Below are positions 50,601-62,969 of a stretch of DNA of 64,000 nt, one piece after another. The position numbers and the translations under genes were made by a program. How positions within the stretch are numbered: the first letter of the stretch is position 1; each line of letters starts with the position of its first letter. The notes under the pieces are model-generated. The model was not told the origin of the DNA and ran no database searches. It saw only the letters and a program-made list of their open reading frames with translations. The stretch covers positions 1-64,000 of the forward strand of contig NW_026935833.1 in NCBI RefSeq assembly GCF_032062105.1, written 5' to 3'. Source of the DNA: Saccostrea cucullata. Lineage: Eukaryota.

Positions 50601-53600
50601 CAGATTTTCACCAAACTTACATACAAGGATCAGGATATGTCAAAGATTAAAATTTGCATGGGGAATTACCCTGGGGCAAAGGGCGTGGTCTCAAGGTCAC
50701 TTCAAAGTTGACCTAAATTTACAAGTAATAAAAATGTGTATATTTTGCTTACTATAAGGACTAGGATCATCAAATCTTGTAAGTTGATGCATCTTACGAC
50801 TTCACATCATGTTAACTAAAAAGTAGGTCATGGTGACCTACTTTTCAAATTTTGCGGGGATTTGTTTTCAAATTGATTTGAAGGCATATTTTGGACACTT
50901 TAAAGCCTATATTCATCAAACTTTGTCAGTTGATGCATCTTGGGTCCTCGAACAATGTCAACTTAAAATTAGGACATCGTGACCTACTTTTTGAACTTTA
51001 TGACTTATCTTTTTAAAAACATTAAATCCCATTATTTCAGACACTGGGAGGTTTAGAATCATCAAATCTTGTACTTTGGTGCATCTTGGGACCTTAAAAC
51101 ATATTTATGAAAAAGTAGGTCACTGTGACCTACTTTTTGAATTTTGCCAACATTTGTTTTCAAATTGTTTAAAATGCATATTTTGATTACCTTCAGACCT
51201 ACGATCATCAAACTTGGTCAGTAGATGCATCTTGGGTCTTTGAAAAATGTTGACCAAAATGTAGGTCACGATGACCTACTTTCAACATTTTATGGCTATA
51301 TTTAAGTATCTTAGGTATTTATTGGCTTAGAATCATCAAACTTTGTGAGTCGATGCATATTTGGTTTTCGGAGAGTGATGACCAAAAAGTAGGTTATGGT
51401 GACCTACTTTTGACATTTTATGGCTTTATTTAAGTATCTCCGGTACTCATAGGCTTAGAATCATCAAACTTTGTGAGTTAATGCATCTTGGGTTTTGAGA
51501 GAGTGACAACAAAAAAGTAGGTCATGGTGACCTACTTTTGACATTTTGTGGCTATAATTAAGTATCTCGGGTACTTATTGACCTAAAATCATCAAACTTT
51601 GTCAGTTGATGTATCTTGGGTTTTTGGAGATTGTCGACCAAAAAGTAGGTCACAGTGACCTACTTTTGACATTTTATGGCTATATTTAAGTATCCACAGG
51701 CACTTATTGGCTAAGAATCATCAAACTTTATCAGTTGAGGCAACTTGGGTTTTCGGAGAATGTTGAATAAAAAGTAGGTCACGGTGACCTACTTTTGAAT
51801 ATCTCAGGTAAGTATTAGCTTAGAATCATCTAACTTTGTCAGTTTAGGCACCTTGGGTTTTTGGAGAACGTCGACCAAAAAATAGGTCACTGTGACCTAC
51901 TTTTGACATTTTATGGCTATATTTAATTATGTGACATCTGGTACTTATTGGCTCGGAATCATCAAACTTTGTCAGTTGAGGCATCTTAGGGTTTCATTGA
52001 ATGTCCAACAAGAAGTAGGTCACGGTGACCTACTTTTGAACATCTCAGGTACTTATTAGCTTAGAATCATCAAATTTTGTCAGTTTAGGCATCTTGGGTT
52101 TTTGGATAACGTCGACCAAAAAGTAGGTCACCGTGACCTACTTTTGACATTTGATGGCTATATTTAATTATCTCTGGTACTAATTGACTTAGAATCATCA
52201 AACTTTGTCAGTTGATGCATCTTGGGTTTTCAGAGAATGTTGACCAAAAAGTAGGTCATGGTGACCTACCTTTGAATATCTCAGGTACTTATTTAATCAG
52301 AATCATCAGTCTTTGTCAATTAATGTATCTTGAGTCCTCAGAAAATTTCAATCAAAAGGTAGGTCACTGTGACCTACTTAGGTATTTTATAATTATATTA
52401 TAACATCTTCAGTCTTAACTGGCTAAATATTATCAAACTTTGTAAGTTGATCCATTTTGGGTCTTATGATACTAATAGAGTTGGAGGCTTCTAATAGAAG
52501 TGATAGATTGTACAATTTATCAGAAGAGCGATTCAAGGCCCTTGGGCCTCTTGTATATTTTGAAAGCAAATTTTTAACTGTGAAATGCATGTGTATCAGA
52601 AGTGAGATTTTTCACCGTGAAAATATCTATGGTAGTGCAAATCTTGACTGGTCTGCACCTCTTCTTTTTGGATAATTTAAGAGACAGAAGATTTTTAAGT
52701 TATCTGCCTTACAACAGATCCTTATCAATAAGTTTGAAGTATACTCTTATCAATTATACATATATATCTAAGTACTAAAACTATTCACCTAAAAAATGAT
52801 AAATACATGTATTGGGTTGCTCAAAGTTCTCGATATTTTCACCCTATTTGATGCGTGCTACAGGAATGATGTAAGAAAGCCACTAAATTGATATATTTGA
52901 TTATGTGTGCTAGACAGTATTGACATACCAGCATACCAATATGTCTGTAGCCAAAGGGACAAAAATTGGCTTATGTCAATCTGCATGCAGTCATCTTGCT
53001 TAAACTAGCAAAATTTCATTTCCATATAATCTTATGTACATGTAAGAGATACATACGCCACAGAATATGACTCTGGAGTAATACTGTATACATATTGGAA
53101 AAATCTGATGTAATTTGAGCTTCCAATAAATGGTATGCATGGAAGTTGGTGTAATATAATTTTGGTTTAATGAGAAAATTCCCAGGCATTTGGGATAGTA
53201 GCTTGATTTATTAAACATATTGTGGTTACAAATTTACACAGGGAAAAGTTGGTTCCAGTTAATAACTTATTCTGAGTGCATTAATTTGTTTGTTTTAACA
53301 ACTATATGCATTAGTGCCTGTTTTGGCAGAGGATTTGCCAAAACAGTTTGAGTAAATTGGGATAAATTGAAATTTTATCTTTCATTCAAGAGAATTTTTT
53401 TTAATTTGGCAAAAATTAGAAAGAAATTTAAAGAATTATCGTGTTCTAAATAAAATGTTTTCTTTAAGCCAGGGTTTCATTTACACTAGTAGTACTAATA
53501 ACATTTGATGGAGAGTTTGATTTTAAAATGCTTTCACAGGTTCCAGGTGGTCTGGAATTCTAAAAAGATAAATTAATTATTACATAATTCTCTCTCTGTT

Positions 53601-55157
53601 TCAGGACTGGGATTTCCCCCATTTTGTGAGTGCAATAGATATAAAACTTCCTGGTATTAATACTGCTCACATCAAATTCGACATTCCTAAATGTCTGAAA
53701 AGGGAGGTGTGGCAGGTCCATATCACAGGTAATAAAGCGTGGTCATATCACAGGACCTTTTACTTTACCAGTTAAAAGATATCATAGCATGATATTTTTA
53801 TCCAACTTCATACACTAATATTTACATTTCCAATGTCTTTGTCCAAGATAAAATTACAAAGTGTAAAATACTTTATTTCTACATAAATTTATTGGTTCAT
53901 TGATAGGCATGGTTAAAAAAAAAATTATGTGCGGGGCGGGAAAAAATAGAGACAGAGGTTGGGGCTTGTAGCATGTGGATTGGTGGAATCAAGAGACTGT
54001 AAATGTAAGGAATAACTGTCAGATTTTTTTGTTTCGTGATGATGATCAATCATATTGGCTTGCTTGATAATTTTATGCATAAATGCCTTTGGCGTTTAAG
54101 CAAATTATCACGCAAGCCAATCGATTGGTCACATCATGAAACCAAAAAATTAGACAGTTATTCCTTAAATACAATTTAGAAAGGGGTATCCAATTGTGTC
54201 ATAATTTTCTGACCTTACCTTCTTTGTGACCTTGACCTTACTATTCTTCAAGAAGAAAGCAAGCTGTAGATTCTTTCTTGTTGCATTGAGATGCATCACA
54301 TTGCATTAATTATGAACCTTGGACAGGCAACCCATGACCTATAGACATATTTCTAGTTGTATAAAAATATCTGTGACCTGTATGTACAATTTATTGAGAA
54401 ATAAAAAAAATTACTGTAACAATTAATTAAAATATACATGTATTCTTTAATTGTTAAATTAAATTATTTTGAATTCTCCAAGAATAAAGATGAATGGACA
54501 TGCATTAACAATCTGTGTTTTCATGCAATTGTAGGAAAGTGGTTTAACTATGGAATCCTATTTCTAGTCATGATCTTGGATCTGAACATGTGGAAGAACC
54601 AGATCTTTTATTATCCGTTTGACTATGGTCAGTACGTGGATTCTGATGGTAAGATCCACAGTGTGACAGACGAGTACAGCTTAAAGACCTTCAATGAGAC
54701 CCAGCTGTCCTACAGTTATAGATCCGTAACCATTAACCCCAACACCAACGCCACCTACCTAGCTGGGGACACGGTGATGAATGCTCGCTATAATGGGTAT
54801 CATATCGCAATCAAACTCATTGCTTTTATTCCTGCAGTTGCGGCATTTGTGACCTTCGGGGTCCTGTTGTGGAAGTTTGGTAGACGCGTGCCTCATGACA
54901 AAGATGTGTACGCGGGGAGATTAAAGAAACGTCGCCATGGTGGCGGTAAAGTTAAATTTAGAAAGTTCCGAGGACTTGCTGCCATGATGAGAGCATTCAA
55001 ACTCAAACCAAAAGTGGACGATAATCGGCCAAGCTTGGTCTCCTACGAGCTGAAAAGTGAAAGTAATGCTGAAAATAATGCTGAAAGTAATACTGAAAAT
55101 AATGCTGAAAGTAATGCTGAAAATAATGCTGAAAATTCCCAAGATACAGTTTCTTGA
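38416..55157 (+). CDS. TMEM117: Transmembrane protein 117 orthologue with a long charged N-terminal extension (about 715 aa)
   Basis: Exons 38416-38433 (less certain; alternative start is ATG 43417), 43369-43489, 44586-45353, 49182-49417, 50022-50279, 53605-53728 and 54535-55157 splice in frame. Family motifs YHFQHPYFRLFIAYFVTFCNFLIYAEDPVAHS, GTWCGDFFTAWMVTDMMLQ, SNEVSRAMLASFILVMD, QDWDFPHF, TGKWFNYGI, ILDLNMWKNQIFY. Confidence 0.93.
40334..42034 (+). mobile_element. HINE-like element nested in the TIR transposon
   Basis: 5' AACTAG..ATGTTCCCCAAACG matches the 3' hairpin ATGTTCCCAAACTCCGTTTGGGGAACATAAT. Internal ~145-bp repeats contain CACGTGCATGC. Confidence 0.75.
41259..41973 (+). mobile_element. 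Second HINE-like element nested in the (AAT)n tract of the first
   Basis: 5' AACTAGA..AGGTCTTCCGT and 3' hairpin AAGGTCTTCCGTTGGAGACGGAAGACCTTAAT. It carries an antisense tRNA-like segment at 41366-41420. Confidence 0.75.
46600..47100 (+). mobile_element. Degenerate HINE-like remnant
   Basis: Repeated GGTCAAA..AAGGTCA..GGGTCAAAA units, a (GACA)n tract and a C-run end. Boundaries approximate. Confidence 0.5.
47427..48527 (-). mobile_element. HINE-like element carrying ~164-bp satellite units (resembles the oyster Cg170 satellite, from recall)
   Basis: Ends TTTTAGCTCACCTGAGCTGAAAGCTCAAGTGAGCT and CTCAGGTGAGC..GGCCCATGGGCCTCTTGTT. Units start AAAAATCTTCTT at ~47675, 47839 and 48003. Confidence 0.8.
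49798..50012. mobile_element. Tc1/mariner-type MITE (TA TSD) abutting a TMEM117 splice acceptor
   Basis: TA-CCGTAAATCTGGAAATTTTT ... AAAAATTTCCAGATTTACGG-TA, then tttatag|exon at 50022. Confidence 0.9.
50343..52554 (-). mobile_element. HINE-like element with an expanded internal tandem array
   Basis: Ends TTAGCTCTTCTGAGCCAAAGGCTCAAAAGCT and CAGAAGAGCG..GGCCCTTGGGCCTCTTGT, with 13 internal units of 108-146 bp. Confidence 0.85.
50821..52380. repeat. Tandem array, each unit carrying the palindrome AAAAGTAGGTCA-nnn-TGACCTACTTTT
   Basis: AGGTCA-n3-TGACCT is exact at 50825, 51117, 51263, 51519, 51647, 51776, 51884, 52017, 52125, 52253 and 52361, and has one mismatch at 50971 and 51391. Confidence 0.92.
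54006..54167. mobile_element. Palindromic MITE
   Basis: TAAGGAATAACTGTC / GACAGTTATTCCTTA termini, with the whole element an imperfect hairpin. Confidence 0.8.
55059..55137 (+). repeat. Coding 12-bp repeat (E-S/N-N-A)n at the TMEM117 C-terminus
   Basis: GAAA(G/A)TAATGCT x6 encodes ESNAENNAESNTENNAESNAENNAENS. Confidence 0.9.
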
Positions 55158-57945
55158 TTAGGGAATTTTTTCAAATTAATTTTTCCTTAGAGTTATTTCT
55201 CTTTTAACAGTAATGTTTGTGTAAACATTCCTGAAATGTTCAAACACTGTATCCTGTTAGGTTTTGCGAATTTGATGTTGAACAGTCTATTGTGGAATCA
55301 TTTTAATTCATTGGGATCAATGTTTTTGGGCAACCAAATTTTGACTGTTTCATGAAAGTTTGTGAGTAATTCAGATATTCAGATTAGTCAATGAACCCAT
55401 ACAATGACAAAGTTATGTTCATTAAGAATTGAATCCACGAGCAAGGATGACCCATGAAATCCATGAACATTGGTCCCCCATGAACAATGATGATTCCAAA
55501 GTTTTTTGCAAGATTATTTTTGTATTATTTGTTCAAATCCAGCTAATACTTGACCTCCCAAATACATTTACCAAGACAAGTATAGTACTTTTTTTTAGTC
55601 TTTTCTTTTTAGTACATTTCAAGTGCCGTTTTTATTGTGCATATCAGTTGTTACTTTTTATCATGTTATTGGCATTGAGCTTTATTTCTTTTCATTCTGT
55701 TTATATTTTCCAAGTTAAGACTCATTTAAGTGTTTTCTATCTCATCCTCCTCAAATTCTCATATTTTACTCATCTTGATCTTTCAATACGCATATCTATG
55801 TATAGAAATTTTTGACAATCTTTTCAGAATAGAATGATTATACCTCTCTGAATTAAGCTTTGTAAAAGAGTCTTTAAAAATTTGACAATAACAACAAATA
55901 GCTAAGTTAGTTAGAAATAAAAAATTCAGTAACCTCTGTATCTGAAAAAAAATGTAAAAAGCTTATACACATGTTGTGACCCTCAAACTCATGGGGTGTA
56001 GGGAAAAGAGATTTAATTTTTTTTTTGCATATCAATGTTTCAATTTCTTTATTACAAGTTATTTTTAACCATCTCTATATACATTTTCTTTTCAAATGCG
56101 TACAAGTTACATACATGTATATATCACTTGGAGTCAAAACTATACAACAGATGGAACAAACTTAACATAGAAAATGTAAAAACAAATCTTCATGAACAAT
56201 ACAGTTCTATATCATAAACTTGATATTACATGTAATCATCAAGAAACCACAGTGTTCAAATGTTAAAGTCATGTATCACAAGATTAAAGCTAACATTTAA
56301 GCTTGCATTCATCATACTATAAATATCACAATGAATGCTGACTTCTGTCAATTTTATTTTTATATGTACATTATTTTGAAGAACCCATAACCAAAATACG
56401 CAATCAATTTCTACCGTTCATTTTTATCATTTTTGTATTTTATTACTTTTGTTGTATACATTTTACATTTTACACTACTAGTCCTGATGTAGTTCTCTAT
56501 TGGAGTAATTTATGAATAGGATTAACAGTAAAAAGTGAATTTGATTTATTAAAAATTGTTTTGTTTTTAAATCAACTCTGAATGTGTGTGTCAAACATTA
56601 TAATTTCTCTACTGTTTTGAGCTGTCTGAATTTGAGTTAAAAACTTTCCAAAAATTACCGTATTTTCTTCAAAAATCAAAATAATTTAAAAAGGAGGAAT
56701 ATGTTGTATTTATGAAGGAAAAGAATTTAAATTGATCTGTAAAAAGATTATTTAAAACTAAAAAGCATGCAATGAAGATTTTTTATGTACATGACCATGA
56801 TATTATATATTTACATGTATGTATATTTGTACATTATTTTTGTAAGGTTGTTATTTAAAAGAAAATAATTTGTTACTTTATGATTATTATTCTGTAATAT
56901 GAACTATTCTTGTATAATGATATTATCCCCCCCCCCTCCCCCAGTAAAGTGTTAGGATATTTATCTGTTTGACTGCGGATCACAAAGTTCCGCAGCAGTC
57001 ATATACTAGTACATTCCTCTGTCTGGGACATTACCATTTATGAAGAAGCAATTAAATTAAATTAGTCTGTGGGAAATCATAGACAATATAAACAAACTTT
57101 TGCCTGCCATTCTTTTAAAACAGGAATAGTTTTCCCACAACCATATACAGATAACTCTTCAAATATCAGTGCCATTTATCCAATCTTGTTGAATGCCTTC
57201 ATGTCATATTGTTGAAAGTTGTTGTATTGTTATAACAGTGAATTTATTTGTTATTGTTTTCTGAATGTGTTATTGTTCAGACCATTTGACAACTAAATCA
57301 GTTCCTGTAGAATCTGATTTGGTTTATTTAACAATTTATATATTTACACTTGATGTATGTACCATCTAGGTTCATGTATTGCCAAGGTTAAAAATGTGTA
57401 TTTTTAACTGAGCTCAAAATGTAGGTAAAGGAAGAGCTATTTCTTAACCCTCAAAGACTTTTACATAATCATTGAAAATATTTTTATAAATGCATTTTTT
57501 TTATTATATGTAGTATGTTCCAAAAAAGGCTGAAAGGTATTAGCATAGTGTGGATGCATACAATTGATACAAATATTTTCCTTTAGCTTATAATTATATA
57601 ATTCAGCATTAACAAATATTTAAGAGTGCTATAACTTCATGGAACAGCCTTTACATTATTTAATATCTATTTTGTACAGTTATAAACTATTGTACATGTA
57701 TTTAAAAATCAATATTGCAATTAATTTTTGCTAAAATGAGTTAAGCTATCAGTTATTGATTTATAGATGATATATTTTCATGAATGTTACAAACAACCCT
57801 CTCTTGTAATTTCTTGAACAATTTTCTGTCTGTGCCTTCTAGTTTTCAAGGCTAATCAATTTTACAGTTAATGTAATGTCTAAGTGGCAATAAATATTAA
57901 AAATTATCCTTCCTTGGCATTTCTTTTTAATTGTACGTGTATACA

Positions 57946-58520
57946 ATACAATAGGCTCATGGGCCAAAGCACTCACCTGAGTAACTGTGGCTATGCATTC
58001 TGTTCTTCATCAACACATTTTTTATCCCACATATTTTCATTTAAAACTTGGATCACTGTTTACGACCCAATCTTACCCCAAGGGGTCAGGATTTGAACAA
58101 ACTTCAATCTATGCTTCCTTATAAATATAAGTAATATAAATTTGCTGTTGTTGAGGAAAAGACTCTTTAAAGATTTTCTCATGCATTTCCATATTAAACT
58201 GTGAATGTCCATTGTAGCTCCCAGGGGTTGGGTTGTCATGATTGAACAAATTTGAATCTTTACTATCAGCTGTAGTTTCTTCCTTCTATTTGTCTAACCA
58301 TGGCTTTACTGTTTCTGGGGAAAACACTATTTCTATGTACATTTAAAAGTACATAAGGATATATAATTATGACTAATAATGGCTTTGTTGTTCTTGAAAA
58401 GATTTATAAATTAAAGATTTTCCTTGTGTATTCCTCTGTAGAATTTTGAACCCATGGTGTGGTCCAAAGCTACTCCATGGAACATGATATTAACAAATGT
58501 TGAACCTATCGAATGGAAGA
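57946..58520 (+). mobile_element. Degenerate HINE-like remnant
   Basis: 5' end CAATAGGCTCATGGGCC..CTCACCTGAG plus decayed satellite-like units. 3' boundary approximate. Confidence 0.5.
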
Positions 58521-58784
58521 AAGCTCTCTTTTTAAGATTTTTTTTTTCTGACCCAGTACAAGGTTCTTATAAGTTTATGTTATACAGAGATTACGACAAC
58601 TTCATTTAAAAACAGCAACTCGTTAATTTTATGATCACATAATGACATTGTTACATGTAACAAAATTAACCAATCATTTGGTCACATATTGGCTGACTTG
58701 TTTCATACACATTGTAAGACCTTTGTATTTCTAATACATGTATATTTGACTACAGAATGTTAATTAAATCTTCATAGTCAATAA

Positions 58785-58870
58785 ACGGGGCCCACAGCGG
58801 ATGTGAACACTCACCAGGGGGTGTTCACTCCTCTGGGCATCTGATTCAACCTCTGAATATTTCGAGGGTA
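58785..58870 (+). mobile_element. Fragment related to the 3' tail of the Penelope-like remnant
   Basis: CACAGCGGATGTGA..CATCTGATTCAACCTCTG resembles the reverse complement of 14820-14905. Confidence 0.45.
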
Positions 58871-60614
58871 TTTTATGACATTTTTACAAGTTTGTATTGT
58901 TTGTAGATACCTAAGATCTATTAGTGTTCGTCATCTTCATCTTTGTCACATAAAGAAATCTAGTGATTTTACCAGTGATGCTTTTTCTTTGTACCACCGT
59001 GTTTTCCCGTCCCACTTACATAATTAACAGAATGCATTTCGAACACTTCTCGGTACCATGGTATATCAGGTTACAAATGACTGAGAATGTCAGTTTGCGT
59101 CCTTTAGCAGAATAAGGGCACCGTAGTATTCCCTGAGGAGAGTGTTCGAACAAGTACAGTGTGAATAGATTGCATTATGTCAATATTTACGCTCAAGAGT
59201 ATCTCTTTTCTAAAGGGTTAGATCTCGCATTAAACAGACAATTAATTATAAAAATGACGACCGTGATCAGTTTTTCGTTTCGATTCCAAGAAAACAATTG
59301 GTGTTAATTCCCTATGGGTACACTAAAGCTAAGCTGAACAAAATGTTTATTCGTATAAAAATTGCGACAAAATTAATCCAGAGTCATCAGAAATTATGAA
59401 AAAAATCATTTTAATTTGACTGGAAAGCCTTTAATTGGTGCGTTCTTGTAAAAAGTTAATTAATAAATGCGAAATATTGGATTTTACGTCGATTAAAAAA
59501 AATGAACATGATTTCTTACTACTGTTTACCTTTATACCATACGCGCAATAATGGGTTCTGATATTTCAACTTCCTAGAACAGCGATGAAACTTTTCACAT
59601 ACATTTATTTGAAGAGAATTAATCTATAATTTTTGCAAATATTCAGGTTAGGTATTTGTGAGAAGGAAACTCTCATATCCGGAAAATAGTTAAAATGCTG
59701 AACAGAATATAACTTGACCTATGAATTACTGAGTTTTAGGAAATATTCGGGGAAGGACTTTAATTCTGTTATTCAGTTTATTAATTGATAGTGTATGGTA
59801 TCTGTTTACATATTAAGCCAGTTATCATTGATAACAGGCGTTAGCGCTAATTAAAACTATCGACATAACTCTTCTACGTACTAAGCACGGTACCTCATTA
59901 AGGCAATAGATCTCGGATACCAGAGTAATGTCTAAATCTGTTGAGTGTCTTTCCAGTTTATTTAAATAAACTGAAAAGACAGAGAGGGTCGTAAAATTCA
60001 ACAAAAATCAATTTCCTGAAAGGTTAGCAAGCACAGGAGAATTTGTCTTGATTTGTTCAACTACACGTAACCTTTATGTACCAAGTATGAACAGTGATAT
60101 AAACTGTCATAAAAATACAATCAAATGCAGTTTCCCTTTAAAATATTACAAAGAATCATAATTATTTGTGTTAAAACTGCAGTTACTACACACAACATGA
60201 AATAATCAAAATTTTCTTTGACACCGCTTGAAACTTAGCACATTATGTTCGGATGTTAAATTTATGTTACAATTATATACACGTACGTACTTTTTTCCTA
60301 CTATAAGATTTGAATAATTGTATTATTCAATTTTTTTCATTGAGATTACGAATAATTATATCTTGTAACTTTTATCCTTTGAAGAACAAGTCTTACCACG
60401 CTCTGAAAATATCAGACGCCTAAAGTATAAAAGTGATGACAACCTTTTTTTTTTCTCTCAAAATCTTTCAGTTGGCTATATGTGCACATACAACTAATAG
60501 CAAAAAAAGCAGGAGAATCTTATAACTTATTACAGAAATAATATAAGGAGAATTTTTTTTTCATGTCGCCACTTCAGAAGTTACGACTTATTGTCATCAG
60601 TAGTTATTTACTCT

Positions 60615-61560
60615 TGCGCCGCGGAGTTAGTAGTTGATTCTTAGGTCGCGGGTTCCAATCCCACTGCGGGACGTAGAGAGCGGTCCTTGGGATGAGACCT
60701 ACAAACCAGAGGGGGGGTTCCGGGGGTTGGAACCCCCCTTTATTTTATGGAGAGTGAGAGGGGATAAAACGTTTTCTGAGGTTATATACATTTGTATTTG
60801 TACGTCCCACTTATTTATTGAATACAGAGATTCTCACACATTAAGTGTCCTCCAGTCACCTTCTCTATTATACTTTTTTATGAGAGAATGGTAGAAAATA
60901 TTCTACTTATATTTATATATCTAGATCTTGTATGTAGCATGCGAAGTTTAATATGATATTGGATTCCCGCGATCTTTGGCTGTGTTGGCTATACTTGTAC
61001 CGTTTTTATCATATCTAGATCCATTGAAGGAACTAACATGTAACTCTGTTTTAAAGCCTACCCGCATCCCACCCCAAAAAAGTTTTTCAAATTCTTAAAG
61101 AAAATTCTTTATACTCTTCGGAAATGATACAAATCCATTCAATTTTAAGGCTTCCGTAGTTTTTGAAACGTGTGGTTTTTTTTTTGTTTTTTTTGGGGGG
61201 GGGTTTCTTTTGCTTATTTTGTATTTGTTGTTTTGTTCGTACTGGGGGTACGCTTTTAAAAAAAAAAAGGCCATAAAACAAACATAGTATTTAGCACAAC
61301 CTTAGATATTTCCATACAAGTCTGTGAATCTTTGCTTGAGAGTATGTATTGGGGGGGGGGGGGGGTAAGAGGGGAACAACCCTGGAACCCCCCCCTTTCA
61401 AAAATTGCTGGATCCGCCCCTGCAAACGTAGGTCCCATGTCGCAGTAAATGCTCAAAACGATTACAGGCCAAACTCTGCATCCTTCCAACGGCAACTATG
61501 GCTTCTCGTTTAATATGAGCGAAAAATTATCAAAGGGACGTTAAACAACAAACAGATTAA
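60615..61560 (+). mobile_element. tRNA-derived SINE interrupted by a MITE
   Basis: B-box-like GGTTCCAATCCC at ~60651. The core GATGAGACCTACAAAC|..|GTAGGTCCCATGTCGCAG is split by the insertion. 3' end GGGACGTTAAACAACAAAC. Confidence 0.6.
60707..61422. mobile_element. Non-autonomous DNA transposon with 5-bp TSD inside the SINE
   Basis: CAG..CTG ends (right TIR CTGGATCCGCCCCTG), subterminal GGAACCCCC repeats, TSD CAAAC at 60702-60706 and 61423-61427. Confidence 0.7.
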
Positions 61561-62969
61561 GAAACACAAATGATGTTTAGTTTAATAGTTCAATATTTTT
61601 GGTGTTTTAAAATTTTGACTGGTTTATTTACAGACTTTGGTGTTGCTTGATCAGGGGTCAAAATTACTACCTCATCGTAGCTGGCTCCTCAATCTTTTAA
61701 TTTCTTTAAGGCATGGTGCTTTACTGCCTAGAAAGTCTTAAAGTCTGAACTTTGTTAAACCTTCGTACCAGGAATAATTGTCCCATTTGACGTCGGGTCC
61801 ACTGAGACTTTACGGACGAGCACATTTGGGTTCGTCCTTTAGATTAGCATCAGTTGCATCTGACGTGCTTGATCTCCAACTACATTAAAATCGGTGATTC
61901 GGGACCTCTCTCCCCTTGATCGTAATGAGTGGTGTTAATAGAAAAAGCCAAGCGACACCATCGTCGTCAAATTAAGATTTTGTTTGGATAGATTGATCTT
62001 GATTACATGGGCGTTCGATTTTTTTAGTACACCAACTTTCAACAGTTTCGCTCGTAAAGAACGTTTATGTACAAAACATCAACAAGAAAAGATAGAAAAG
62101 TGGAATGGTTCACTGTGATAAAATTAGAGTGCAAAGAACTTCCAACGTCGTTATAATTCCTACAAAAAGTATTAAACCTTGAATTCATCCAGTGGTTGCT
62201 CCTATTCATAATTTTTTTCGAAGAGCTACAGTTCTACAGCTAATCACATGTAGTAAAGTTTTCACGTAAAATTGTTGAAACTGAAGCATGTCACATGTCA
62301 TATACGAGTATGTATTATTATACTAAATAGTTTATAGTATCGTTTTATAAGTGCACATGTAATAAATTCTTGCAGACAGAAAGTATTGAAGGGGACTAAT
62401 CTCCATTTATTTTCGAACTGTTAATTTAGAATGAAATGTTCACGGAAAGGCCGAACCGACCCCACCACACTCTTCAGTGTTTGATAAACTATGTTTGCAT
62501 GTGAAAGATTTTTCAGGTCTTGTCAATTATTTTTCTGTCCTCGCCTTTTTTTTTTAATTCCAAGAGCCTGTTAATTAAAATTCAAACACAAGTTCGAGAC
62601 TTTAAACCCCTCCCCCTTTTCTTCTTTAAGAAGTTTCCCTATTAACCATCCAGATAAAACTTCTTGATAAATATTAGTTTTACTTATATACTAGCTAGAA
62701 ACTGAATGTCTTGGGAAGCAAGTAAAAAAGAAAGTTCAGTATAGTTTGGGTGATAGACCAAGCGATGTCCCGACCGGTTGTCTCCTCTTTATACTGAGTA
62801 ACTAGATTCGTACCTCGTGACCGGCGTAATGAAGTTTTTTCTTCGAACACTTCCAAACATCTTCACTTCCCAACTAGATCACCGGTACAAAAAAAAATTC
62901 CGTTATAATGGTCCAGTTTCTTCCACATACTAGGACAACGCCGGAGGCCAGACAGAAAATAGTGAAATA

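Noticed and set aside
50821-52380. CRISPR-like array (palindromic repeats at regular spacing)
   Set aside because: The sequences between palindromes are homologous to each other rather than unique spacers, there are no cas genes, and the array lies in a eukaryotic intron inside a HINE.
55429-55815. 128-aa hydrophobic ORF
   Set aside because: T-rich TMEM117 3' UTR-type sequence with a non-ATG start and no motif.
61670-62000. GC-richer, exon-like stretch
   Set aside because: No sustained open frame or recognisable motif on either strand. It may be a decayed repeat or UTR.
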